Shown: positions 12,456 to 25,392 of the stretch, piece by piece
Layout of the letters: every line of letters starts with the position of its first letter
Position numbering within the stretch: the first letter of the stretch is position 1
Source: Mytilus trossulus
Taxonomy: Eukaryota
Assembly: GCF_036588685.1 (NCBI RefSeq)
Contig: NC_086378.1
Span: 84,816,001-84,880,000, forward strand
Direction: 5' to 3'
Length of the DNA stretch: 64,000 bases
Translations under genes and position numbers: made by a program
Notes under the pieces: model-generated
What the model was told of the DNA's origin: nothing
What the model saw: the letters and a program-made list of their open reading frames with translations, nothing else
Databases searched by the model: none

Positions 12456-12742
12456 TTGAACCCTGACAACACTGAAAATCAAAATTCACGAGGTGATAAA
12501 CTTAACAATAAATATGTTACCTGATTTGTTATCATATTCACATTATGTTGACACATCTTAGTTCGTTTGTGCTAGCTCATTTTTAACAAGCTAAACAATT
12601 ACAGCATTGTCCGTTTTTCTTTGCCAATTACCTCTAATCAGAAGAGCGCATTGTTTACAGGGGAGGTGATATTTTGTCACTAGTTCGCCCACTGTAAATT
12701 ACAAGTCAAAATTTTTTGAAGTCTAAATTTGATTCTAGAAAG

Positions 12743-15700
12743 CCAACAACCATTTGATTTTCTGGTGGGGGTAGGTGGTGGTGGCTATTGAGTATTGATT
12801 GTATTGAAGAAAAAAAGTTTGTTTCCAATTTTTGGATAAAAAATAATTTGTTTTTGACCCTGAGAAAAAAAAATGTTTGTTTAACCCTCAGTTGCCATTT
12901 AATGTAATGCTACTATTAAAAGAGAAGAATTGTTTTCAACTTGTCAGGGGAAAAACCCATAGTCCCCCCTCCCTGAAAACAAATGGTTGCTGCCTTCAAA
13001 CAATCTCTTTCAGAGTATCATTTAAATCAATTTTATTCAAAGCATTATTATACCGACATGAAGTGTGACTTCATTTTCACTTGTGATCTTAAACATAACT
13101 GTTGACTTAGCCCCAAGAACTGCTCTGAAATACTTTTATATAAATATAAAAATTGATAGTTTTTTTAATGTTATCATTATTTATTTTCAAACAGAAAAAG
13201 AATAATATTTAATCTAATTTATTTTCATGTTCATGATTAGCCCCATTTATTTTTTGGTTTAGTGTGTTATTTTTATAATTTGAGTCCATTCATTAGAACA
13301 ATAACTTGCATGAAATCAATGACACAACATTTATTGTTATATTTAGTTTGTTCATACAAGGATTGCAAACTAATTTTCCTTTTATTTAAAACAATGAAGC
13401 CTTTGCATTCAGAATACTTTCATTATGATCTTTTTTAAGTTTAAATGAAAAAGGTAGTACCAACTTGCAAGTCTCAGTATTAATAAAAAGGAACTTCTAG
13501 TTTTTTATCATTTTAATACTGTCTTGATCCATTATTCATGAATATCTGAACTACCCCTTGTATGAATTGAGGAAATATTTATTTCTGTGTTAAAATAATT
13601 TGTTTGCAGCAGTAAAAATACCTACCAAAACATGAATATTAAATTAAATCTTGGAATATTAGATTATTAACCCTGGTATGGCACATAGGGACACATACAG
13701 TAGAGCCTTTTTCACTGGAACTGAGTTCTGAAAAGTGATAAAATATGTTTTTCTATTTTTTGGCACATGTTTACAGTATCAAAATGTATATAAGAAGATT
13801 ATTTTTAATAATATCCACTTGTAAATAACAGCATATGGTGTTTGATATAAAAATAGTTTGTTCATGATAGTGTCAAACAAAGGGACGTAACTCGTGAATT
13901 ATCGTCGGCTCCGCTTCGTCAGAAATTTCGACACATCTAACTGGCATATTTGCGTATCTTAGCATATCAACTGGCACAAATTTGACATATCATAGTCCAA
14001 GTTATGTTACATAACATAATTTAAATTCAGCATAGCTTCACAAGAAGTTAAGAAAGAAAATTACGATTTAAATTTTCTGTGACCAATTTTTTTCGTCAAC
14101 ACCTTGACTTTGAAGACACATATGAGAGAAAAAATGAGTTTTATCCATAAAGAGTTAAGTAATATATTTCCTATATACTCAAGAATGTTCACTTTAGATT
14201 AAAATAGTTTTAATTCATGCAATTACTACAAATTCCAAAAAACGGGCTTAACTTTTTTTTGTAAAATATGCCCAAATATGGTAATTACATGACGTCCATT
14301 GTTGCTTTAAGAAATGGTCAAACCAGGGTCAGCTTTCCAACTGATTACAACGGCGAATGACGGCAAATGATATATGACGTAATGATGACGTTTTATGAAA
14401 AAAAGAAAACTGAAACAAAACAAAAATGAAAACCACATGATGAACAAAATATATAAAATGTATTCAAAAATTATAGGAAAAGTGTTTTTTCAGAAATATA
14501 ACGAATATGGAAAAAATAATTATTATTTTTTATACAAAGGACACATATGTCTTTCCAGCAGTAAGAGGGTTACAATTCGCAGATTTGATTCGGATAGAAG
14601 CTAACCAATTTCGGAAGCATATTCATGAATCAAAGTTTTTCAACTATCTTCACAGTTGGAAAGCAGGTCATTGTTTGACCCTAAATTCATCAGCAACAAT
14701 AGAGTCACGTGACCGTGAAAATTCAGTAAAAAAACGGAGACAGACCTCATTTTTACTCACTAAATACTATTGTCGTAATAAAAATTTATTGACCTATCAA
14801 ATCTTGAGTGTCCATAGTTTATTCTCGTCAAAGCTCACACATCAAATCAAAGTCTTTTATTCTTTATTTTATCTGCAAACTTTGAGTTTGGGTGAAAATT
14901 GTCAAGTCTCCTGATCGAAAAATCTAATTATTAACGAGGAAACTAAAAATGATGGGTTGCATTTAAATTTAATAAATTGTTTTCGATACAAAGCGGTGGT
15001 CACTTAAATTGATGTATAAAAGTAAAAAATGATGGCTTCAAAAAATTCTAAAAATTTAAATCGGTTTCCCGGTTTCATTTAAGATTTCAACCGTTCTTTT
15101 CTGTATTTGGATACGCAAACGTCAAATTAGGAAAAATCGATATGGTCATTTTTATTAATTTCCTGTTTACAAAACTTTGAATTTTACGAAAAACTAAGGA
15201 TTTTCTTATCCCAGGTATAGATAACCTTAGCCGTATTTGGACTTTTGGATCCTCAATGCTCTTCAACTTTGTATTTGTTTGGCTTTGTAAATATTTTGAT
15301 ATGAGCGTCACTGATGAGTCTTATGTAGACAAAACGCGCGTCTGGCGTACTAAATTATAATCCTGGTTCCTTTGATAATTATTTAAGCCGATAGATTTGG
15401 CGGACTTTTTGACGTTACGGACGACTGTAGCGCCACCTAATTACCCCCCCCCCCCCCCCTGCTATTGTTGCTGATACAGCTTGACGACAACGGACGTTTC
15501 CAAGGACTTGCTTCTCAACAGGTCATACACAGCAAATATCAATTGCAAGACTTAAGTCAACAATGGGACTGATATTAAAACGCGCCATTCTGAAATTGCG
15601 TTAATTTCGCGGATTTTTTTTGTACCAATTTGGAAGGTTTTTTTTTCAGTTTCCTACTTGTCATTAGGGTCTAAAATAGATTTATTTCGATTTGTTAATC

Positions 15701-17245
15701 ATGGAGTTTATTGTCAAAAGAAAAACAAGACAATGTGTACTATATGTACTATACAAACAATTAATAATACGTATCTCAAAATTTAAAAGAAGCATCAAGT
15801 ATAACGTTCTATTACCCCTTGTGAAACCCCGTTTGAATTTAATTCCAAAAGAAAGAATTTTTTTGACAATGTAGTTTTTCGGTCTTACACATCGATGTCA
15901 CCTGGCATCTGAACACAGTCAATGTACACAACTGAGGCAGCCCACAACCATTTGATTTTCTGGTGGGGGTAGGGGCTGGTGGCTTTTGATTCATTTGAAA
16001 AAAAAGTTTGTTTCCAATTTGTGGATAAAAAATGATTTTTTTTTTACCGTGAGAAAAAAAATGTTTGTTTTACCCTGAGCTGTCATTAGATGAAATGCTT
16101 AAATTAAAAGAGAGAATTGTTTTCAACTTGTCTGGAAAAAAATACGCAAATCCCCCTCCCTTGAAACAAATGGTTGCTGTCTTAAAACAGTCTCTTTCAG
16201 AGTATCATTTTTATATCAATCTTATTCACAGCATTAGCATACTGACATGAATTTTGATTTGTGATCTAAATCATCATTGTTGACATAGCCCCCAGAAACT
16301 GCTCTGAAATAATTTTATATAAATGTGAAAATGCATAGTTTTTTTGATGTTATTATTTTTTACAAATTGAAAAAGAATAATATTACTGAGTCTATTTTAA
16401 TCTTATTTATATTCAAGTTTATGATTAGCACCATTTATTTATTGGTTAAGTGTGTTATTCATATAATTTGCGTTCATTCATTAGAACTATAACTTGCATG
16501 AAATCAATGAGACAACATTTATTGTCAACATTATATTTAGTTTGTTCATACAAGGATTGCAAACTAAATTTCCTTTTATATAAAATAATGAAGATTTTAC
16601 ATTGAGAATACTTTCATTATGATCTCTATTAAAGTTTAAATGAAAAAGGTAGGACCAACTTGATAGTGTCAGTAATGAAAAGGAACTCCTGTTTTTTTTA
16701 TCATTTTAAAACTGGGTCCTGATCAATCATTCATGAATATTTAGACTACCCCTTGTATAAATTGAGTAGACATTCATTTCTGTGTTAAAATAATTTGGTT
16801 GCAGAAGTAAACATATTTTCCAAAACATGAATATTAAATTAACTCTTGGAATACTAAATTATTATTAAACTATTAACCCTATTATTGCACATAGGGACAC
16901 ATAGGGCCTATTTCACTGGGACTGATATCTGAAAAGTGATCAAATGTGTTTCTCTCTTCTTTTTTTTTGGTACATGTTTATGTCTGTTTACAGTATGAAC
17001 ATATATTTAATAAGATAATTTTATTAATATCCACATGTAAATAACTGCATATGGTGCTTGATATAACAATACTAACAATTGTTTCATGATATTGTCAAAC
17101 AAAGGGACCTAACTCGTGAATTACTGTCGGCCCCGCTTCGTCAGAAATATCGAAGTGGCACATTTGCCTTTCTTAGCATATCAACTGGCACAAATTTGAC
17201 ACATCATAGTCCAAGATATGTTACATACCATAATTTAAATTCAGC
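12743..17245 (+). repeat. Diverged ~1.3-kb direct duplication (12743-14030 and 15940-17245)
   Basis: Both copies start CAACCATTTGATTTTCTGGTGGGGGTAGG and end CATAATTTAAATTCAGCA; colinear, with many substitutions and indels. Confidence 0.88.
15135..15380 (+). mobile_element. Partial retrozyme copy with mutated hammerhead (GAAA to AAAA) at 15303-15350
   Basis: GAGCGTCA CTGATGA GTCTTATGTAGAC AAAA CGCGCGTC TGGCGTAC on the + strand; flanks match the 355-bp monomer in reverse. Confidence 0.85.
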
Positions 17246-18807
17246 AAAGCTTCCCAACTGGTCGGAAAGCTGACCCCGGTTTGACCCCATTTTTTATGAC
17301 TATAGGGAGGATTATGTTGTGATTATGTTAATGTTAAAAACACTGATCAGTCAAAACTATCAAAACTTATAATAAATTTATAATGAAACATAAGCACATG
17401 ATATACACTTTGGACAGACCTTCAAAACCAAAAGCTGGCATATGCATTGATTAACAGGACACTAAAAACTAGACGAGATAAAGTACAAAACAAAACATAC
17501 ATGTACATAACATATATACAAAAGAAAACAAGCAATACATAAACTATTTGGATAATATGATGATTGTAACATGTGTAAAGGTGTACACAGTTATCAGAGG
17601 TACCAGGATTATAAATTAATACGCCAGACACGCGTTTTGCCTAAATTAGAATCATCAGTGACTCTCAGATCAAAGTAGTTGTAAAGCCCAAAAAGTACAA
17701 AAGTTGCATCTCCAATTGGTAGGTTTCATCTGACCATGATACATATTTCATATAACATTAAAAATGTTTAGTGTTTGATGTGTGGTGTATTCTCAGGTAC
17801 AATATGCAATAGGGTCGTTATATTTGTAAAGAGGGATGTTAATGTAAATGTCCGTACTTTAACCTATAATGGTTTACTTTTTAAATTGTTATTTGGATGG
17901 AGAGTTGTCTCATTGGCACTCACACCACATCTTCCTATATCTATGTCTGTCTGGCGTTTCATATAACCTTTTCCACATGTTCACGGTTCATTGGTCAATG
18001 GTAATATTTCATGGCTTGTTAAATTTATTAAGTAAATCAAGCAATATGTCATCTGTATTTACATTATGGAATGATTGTACGGTGTACATGTCTGTCTGAA
18101 AGAGATCATCTGACCCTGACCTCATTTTTGTGGATTATGGGTTAATGTGAAGTTTCCATGGGTGATCTAGTTAATTACTCAGTTACTTTAAGCAGTAGGT
18201 CAACCATATTAATTAAATGTAATGATTATGTGATGTACATGTCTTTCCGGTATTGTGTTTCTTTTCTTGACCTTATTTTCATGATGCATTGGTCAATGTT
18301 ATTTTTTTCATATTTTAAAATCAGGTCATAGTTTTCTAGGTCAGGACGAAATTGTGTTAACTGATAACAGAGAGTTAGACAAAGTTCTTAAGGGGTTTCC
18401 CTGTTTAAACATATTTTTGCTCACTTGGGCTACATTAGCAATTATTTGAAAAATGTTTCGTCTTGAACATAATTGCAATACCTTACATCTTAAACAAATC
18501 AGAAGGATGATTAACTTTTCATCGTTTTCGAAAGAATCGTACTTTACATAATTATTCATAGGCTGAAAATATTTGAAAAAGGTCAAAATCTCTTCTTATT
18601 CTATATGTGACAAAACGAGCGCCGCCCTTTTTTGCTATTGTGTTATGATTTAACATACAAATTGATCTATGTATCATATGTAAATAATTCTAATCCGCAG
18701 GGGGTTTCTATTTGCGTTAGCCTACTTGATATCTATCAGTTACCAATCTTATATTTATGTTTATGACTGACTAATAACATTTGTAACTTCAAGTTTTATA
18801 TTTATAG

Positions 18808-18997
18808 GCAATTGGCAGAATAGGTGGACAGCATATGAAACAGGAGTGTGATAATTTAAAAAGCAAAACCTTAGACCAAAGTAGCCAAGAGATCATGTTA
18901 GACATCAAGAATTCAAACGATGAAATAAAGGAGTTGAAAATGTCAGTTGAGAGCTTGAAAGAAGTCAGTGAAGATACACTACCTTGGAATGTTAGAG
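18808..18997 (+). CDS. Internal coding exon of the same gene: end of HEPN helix plus coiled-coil-like linker
   Basis: TTTATAG acceptor (AG 18806-18807), phase 0 matching the previous donor. Reads AIGRIGGQHMKQECDNLKSKTLDQ...IKELKMSVESLKEVSEDTLPWNVR-G. GTAAAT donor at 18998, phase 1. Confidence 0.8.
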
Positions 18998-20778
18998 GTA
19001 AATCTGTTTATGCCGTTTATAGATAGGCATTTGGTCTTTTTTCATTTCATGTGTCTGTTCGTTCATTTATTGGGTAAATGTTGTAGTTCAAGATTAGTTG
19101 ATACTTGAGTTATGAAAATTGTGTCGTTGCATTGAGTTTGAAACTTAGTACACATATATGAGTTTTGGTATGATTGTCCAGGGGGTAACTTTTTCCTAGG
19201 GTTAATAAGATGAATATATTGTATAAATATTACATAGCTGAAGAGTGATAGAGTAGATTGTTACTTCGGGAAAACGTTGTCGACCAAATCAGGAGCCAAA
19301 GTTGAACAAACAAATTTCAGGGATAACAATCTGCTCTATCAACTTTTCATTTGTGTTTCATCTTATTCATTATACAATATATTCTGTCATTATTATCTTC
19401 TAAATCTTTAAAAGTTATTAGCGTCTTATACGTTCTAGAAATTAACATACTTTATTTATCTTTTATCTGCTTGTATAGATACAGTAAAAAATACATTTCA
19501 AAGGCATTACAATTATCTTTAACTTGTCACCATAATATGTAACAATGAATATGTATTTAGTCTGTTTCTAAGCTAAGTTTTTATAATGTTTTGTCTACTG
19601 TACCCCCGTTCACACTCCACAGATGATATGGGAACAGTTAATAATTTCTCTGCTGCTTTGTTTACAAATGGGTAAACTTCTTTATGCTTAAGAGCTACAG
19701 TACCCTTCAAAAGGATCGATTCGATACGTTTTTCTCCGATTTCTGTGTTTCTCGGAATCACACCGAGTACCGCGGATTTCACTCGCAAAGTCGTCAAAAG
19801 ATTCTCTCCCAACATCGCGTGGCTGTTAATTGGTCTATTGTCCATCGGATGTACTAAAAATTAACGACGCGTGACAACATAATGTTATCGAGATAATTTA
19901 CCTATGAACATTTAATCGATCTTGATTGCACAGGTGTGGTTTAAAATCACGGTATTTAAAATTGAACAAATGTTTTCCTTTCTTTGATCAGGACCATATA
20001 TATAGATATACTGTTCACAGCTATGACATATACATGATATAAAGATACGACAATATAATTAAAAATAAGATAATTATTATGATTTTGTCCTATGCCATTA
20101 TATTCGAAATAAAACGTACATACCAAAAAATATGAAGAAAATACTTGTTATTTTGAGTTTCTAGTACAGTCCAGTCAGGTCATAATTGTGTGTTTTCAAC
20201 AAAGACGATTTTGCCACAATTAGAATATGTTATGACTTACTCCATACGCAATATCCGGTGCATGAACTGTTCATTATCTAAAAATCAACTGGCTAATAAA
20301 ATCATGTTGCTTTGACGGTAACACGATTCATCGGATCAACAAGTAGAATTATTTATTGAGCAATGTAAAATATTATGTTTCACCACCTCGGTATATTTAT
20401 ACAGACTTGAATAATTTAAATTACGAGCAGAAACTGTAAAGTGACAACTCTGTTGAACAAAGGAAATAACTTCAAGTGATATTGATAGCGCTCGTCATTT
20501 TCGTATTTTACGAAACGGTTTTCAAATTGACGAAAGTATTTTTATCAATTTCTTCAGTTACATTTGAAAAGTGTAAAAATATTTTCACATTAAATTACTA
20601 TAATTCTAACTGTATTCATATTGTAGACAAGTTTATGACGCTCAATCATTTAACGTTTACAAAATATTTTAAAAGTTGTGATGTTAAATAATCCGCTTAT
20701 CGCTATCCGATAGGTCACTAATCCTTTAATTAATATCAAACCTCATAATTGCCCATCAAACTATTCTATTCCAGTTAA

Positions 20779-21387
20779 GGTAGATAGGGTGTCTACCTCC
20801 ATTTTGGATTTTGAAATACCAGAAAACAAAGTCTAGATGTTTGATAAAACGTGCAAATTTTGATATTAGTGGGTAATTCATGAGTAAGATTTTTCATTAT
20901 GATTTAGAATATGCCATGTTTAATCATATTTATAGTTGTATTTTACCGAAAAACAAATACTTTTGTATGATAATTTTTTTTAAATTTTGACAGATAAGGA
21001 GAGACAACTCAAATGCAAGTGCAGATAATTCAGATAGTGTTACTTTTACAAAAGAATGTGTTAGGAATTTATCCATTTTATTAAGTAGCAAGAAAACGAG
21101 TCCGGTGACCCCATTTTTTCTTCTTATCATCTGGACGAATAATATTTGATCTATCTTCTCATATTTTATCTCAAAATTCCATGGTGTAGTTTTCGTTTTA
21201 TGACCGAAATTTGGGTTTTCCATGCATAAACTATACAAAATTTGACAATTTTGCGCAACCTGTAGTGTGAAAAATAAGTCCGGTGACCCATTAGTTTATT
21301 AATGTTCGTAAACAAGCAGGATATAAACTACATTTTGGCAAATTATTATGAAATTCTATAGATTATAATTTAGAAACCCTATCTACC
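20779..21387. mobile_element. Non-autonomous Kolobok-type MITE
   Basis: Perfect 12-bp TIR GGTAGATAGGGT/ACCCTATCTACC, with TTAA on both sides (20775-20778, 21388-21391). Confidence 0.85.
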
Positions 21388-23964
21388 TTAAATCAGTCAT
21401 CATTTTATTTTTAAAATTTCCCAACCGCCTACAATTGGCAGTTCTTTATCTCATTATTGTCATTTGAACATTTTTACAATTTACATTCATTGTGAGAAAA
21501 TGAATATTATACAAGACAAAATTATTGCATCTGTGGAAGTACTCCTGTTGCTGAGTCCTATGGTAACCGAAATGTATTATTATCCTACAGTACTGCCAAC
21601 AAATCGCAAAACGAAAATGCCGTAATTATTAAGCATACCGAATGATGAATGATATTTTCCTTTTAATTGAATATACTAGTACACAACTTTCAGACACGTA
21701 ATTTTTATGATTTTCTTTAAACTTTTCACATTAATTTACCGAAGGTCTCCAGTTATTTTAACACAAGTATGTTCATTTCGTACCGTAAATAAAATATTTA
21801 TTTACTGGTGAAGACATCGAGGTCGAAATTAAGTACTTTTTATTTTTTATAAAACTTAAATGCAATTGAAAGAATTAACAACAACATTTTGCTTTTAAAT
21901 CTTTTATTCATTCCAGCAATTAAATAATCATAAACAGAAAATGCCGTAGACTTACACAATTATTACGGGGCCATTATTATGCTTAATGAATAGTGAATAA
22001 ATTTTCGTTTTTACTTGCATATATATACAAAACTTTTAGACACATAATTTTCAAATAAAAACTTCAACTTTGAAGTAGACTATTTGGGTTTTCATATGGA
22101 ACGCCACAGCTGTCTTATGTGGAACTCTGATATTACTTTATGATGTTTTGTCATTACTTAATAATAGTTTGTCTTTATTTGTTATGGTTATTTTGTCATT
22201 ACTTAATAATAGTTTGTCTTTATTTGTTATGGTTTTGACATTACGCAATGATGTTTTAATATAACTTAATATGGAATAGTCATTACTAAATGATATTTCG
22301 ATATTACACAATATGGTTTAGTATTGACTTGATATAGTTTTGTCATTACTCAATATGCTTTTGTCTTTACTCATTGTGGTTTTGTCAATACTCGATGTGG
22401 TTTCACCATTATTTAATATGGTTTTGTCATTAATCAATGTGGTTTTAACATTACTTGATGTGTATGGGACTTAACGTAATGTAGTTGTTTCATTACATGA
22501 TGTGATTTTGTTATTTCGTAATGATGATTTGTCTATTCTTTATATGGTTTTATCATAACGTAATGATGTTTCAAAATTTGACCATTTTACACTACTTGAT
22601 TTGTTTGTTTCATTATTTGATGTAGGTTTTTCATTCTTTGATGTGGTCCTGTCATTCTTTGATGTGGTTATCCCATTACTTGATGAGATAAAACCACGTG
22701 ACCAATTCGGAAAAACCTGTTCTATTTTTAGATAGATTTCCATATTGTATGTGCCTCTAATGCGTTTGGCCATTCATCTAATTAGTGTTTAAATTAAAGT
22801 ACGGGTTACTGTTTAAGATAAACGTTGAGTTAGTTTTCGAAAGAAAGTCATATTTATAATCAAAATTCTATTTAGAATTGATTTTCGAGTTTGACTTCGA
22901 GTTTGAGTCACATTTAAAGGCAGAGTTTAGTTACAACTTTGAATTTGAGTCACTTCTTTAGGTAGAGTTTGAGCTAGATTCGAATTTTAGTCGTATTTAG
23001 ATTTATTATGATTTCAAGTTGAAATTCGAGCTTTTTTATATGTCTTTTTGAGTTCGTAAAAAAAATTCTATCGCGGAACAAGGGCTTTTGCTCGGGCTTC
23101 AGAAAAGAGGGATCCAGGATATGCGTACCAAATAAACAATGTTGCAGTGTATACAAAACGGAACATAAGAGTTGACATAAAGTAAGATGTGATGTGATTG
23201 TCAATAAGACAACTATTCTCCAGAGTTTAAATGCCCCCTCCTCCGATTTTCCGGTGAATTAAGTGCGAGTTGATTTGAAGTGTCTCAGTTTTTAACAAAA
23301 CAGCATTAGTTTTTAATTTGTGTCGAGCCTGCGACATAAATGTAGCGGCAAGTAGACACAATAACGTCATCGACAGTGGCGTCATTTCGGGACCTTTGAT
23401 AGCTCAATATGGGGTATGGGTGTTGCTCATTGTTGAAAACCAAACAGTTTTGTGTCAGTTAAATAAAACCAAATTAAACTGTTTTGACATGATAAATTTA
23501 TTACCTCCATGAAGTGTTTTAAAACTTGTATAGGAGTTTTCCCTCAATATCAAGAAAAATTATCTACATAAAAACTTTTTTTTGTTTGTTTTTTTTACCG
23601 ATGAATGTACAGCCGAACAACACTACGATTTTACACTGAAAGCAACAATATCAGATGAGACACATGGTTCCGTGTCCTTTTTTTTACAAATTTATTATAA
23701 TACTGCTTCTATTTGAAAACGGATCAGATAACAGGACCAAGTGGTTTGGGGATATCCCAGTTATGTCCGACATACTGTAACTTTTTAAGGATTTTATCTT
23801 TTTTATTAATGTCTGCCATTCCCCTTTTTTATACCAAAGAACTCTGAACAACCACTCGAACTTTATAATTTGATTTTTAACTTTGGCGTTACCCATCTAT
23901 GCACATTAAACAAACGACAAATTGAAATAGTGCATGGTGGCCTTTTGTAGCGGACTACAGTCTT

Positions 23965-25392
23965 AGATGCATGTTTTTTTTTATTAGTTTTAAGTGGCCT
24001 TGAACTAGCTGTCAGATAGCTGTCAGATAACTGCGCGTACTCTCAGATCTGTTTATTGTGTCTTTTTGTGTCGGGATGTATACTGACCGACTTTAGAAAC
24101 GCAACACTAGATTATTTTTGTGTTCCTTTTGAATAAATGTGTCCCCGTCAAAAGCAATGACTGCATGTGGCAAACGCCTAAATAATTGTCCGAAAGGTCA
24201 GCGAATTTTGTCTGACATGTTTTGGGTTCTGTTTTACACCTTCTGGTTTTGCATTTGTTTAACCCATTAATTGGTTTTGGCAATTATGCGGTTGGAACTT
24301 GAGGGCTTTTAAGGGTATCATTCAGTCAATTCTTTGGCAATTCAGTGGATGGGAAACATTTATGGCATTAATCTGTACTAAATGGCACTCGGCAATTTGA
24401 TAAGCAGTTGACGTTGCGGCCGTAAACATGTCTTGCAAATGATGTTGCGTAATCAAATTCTGTTGACGTTTCATTGTCACTAAACGTTTATCTGTTTATT
24501 GATGGCCAGCAACAAATCTTGTCCACTTGTATCGTTGTCGGAAGGACAGAAAGATGAGTTTCTGAAGTCATACAGTATGGTTGCAGCACGTTTATATTTT
24601 AATGTTTGCAGGGTTCTTAAGGGTTAATTCAGTTTCTTGTTTCTCTGTCTTGGCAAAATGGAGATGCAACAATTTCAAACTGGTTAAAGTGAGGCAAATG
24701 ATTGAAAGAACTGTTTCACAAAGCAAAACAAGTGAAACAATCTTTCATGGGTCCAAAATTTTGCTTTAAGAAATTCGTGCGAAAAAAATCGGTATGTTCA
24801 ATAACCACAGGTAAGTCAGATTTTGATTTTTTGTACGGAGAAAGAAGAATGATAAACATGCAAAGTAGTTGTAGGAAAATCAAACAAGATTTGGTAAAAA
24901 AAAAATCACCAAAACAAGTGTTGCGTTTCGAAAGTCGTTCAGTATATAAGTCCCCGGTCACGTTCACTTGTATTTTTGTCCATCTGATGAGTTAAGCATT
25001 TTCAACTGATGTTAATAGTTCGTTCTTTTGTTGTACTGTTATACCACTGTTCCAGGTTAGGGAGAGGGTTGGGATCCCGCTAACATGTTTAATCCCGCCA
25101 CATTATTTATGAATGTCCCTGTGCCAAGTCAGGAGCCTGTAATTCAGTGTTTGTCGTTAGTTTATGTGTTACTTATTTGTTTTTCGTTCATTTTTTACTA
25201 AGGCCTTTAGTTTTCTCGTTTGAATTGTTTTACATTGTCATATCGGGGCCTTTTATAGCCGACTTTGCGATATGGGCTTTGTTCATTGTTGAAGGCCGTA
25301 CGGTGACCTGTAGTTGTTAATGTTTGTGTCATTTTGGTCTTTTGTGGATAGTTGTTTCATTGGCAATCATACCACATCTCCTTTTTTTTATA
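23965..25392 (+). repeat. Dispersed repeat (probable PLE 3' end) ending ...TCATTGGCAATCATACCACATCT, interrupted by the Tc1 element
   Basis: Homologous copies reversed at 29992-30355 and 49315-49860; the last is contiguous with a PLE RT remnant. Confidence 0.72.
24081..24944 (-). mobile_element. Decayed Tc1/mariner-type element inserted at TA within a dispersed repeat
   Basis: TIR TACTGA(C/A)CGACTTT(A/C)GAAACGCAACACT at both ends; TA duplication splits host ...GGGATG|TA|TAAG.... Minus-strand remnant LVTMKRQQNLITQHHLQDMFTAATSTA resembles the Tc1 transposase HTH region. Confidence 0.78.

Noticed and set aside
13667-14572. piggyBac-like element (TTAA-CCCT left end)
   Set aside because: The candidate right end (AGGGTTAC) lacks TTAA and the TIR match is weak.
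24983-25012. CTGATGA motif as a hammerhead in the dispersed repeat
   Set aside because: No GAAA follows the putative stem II.
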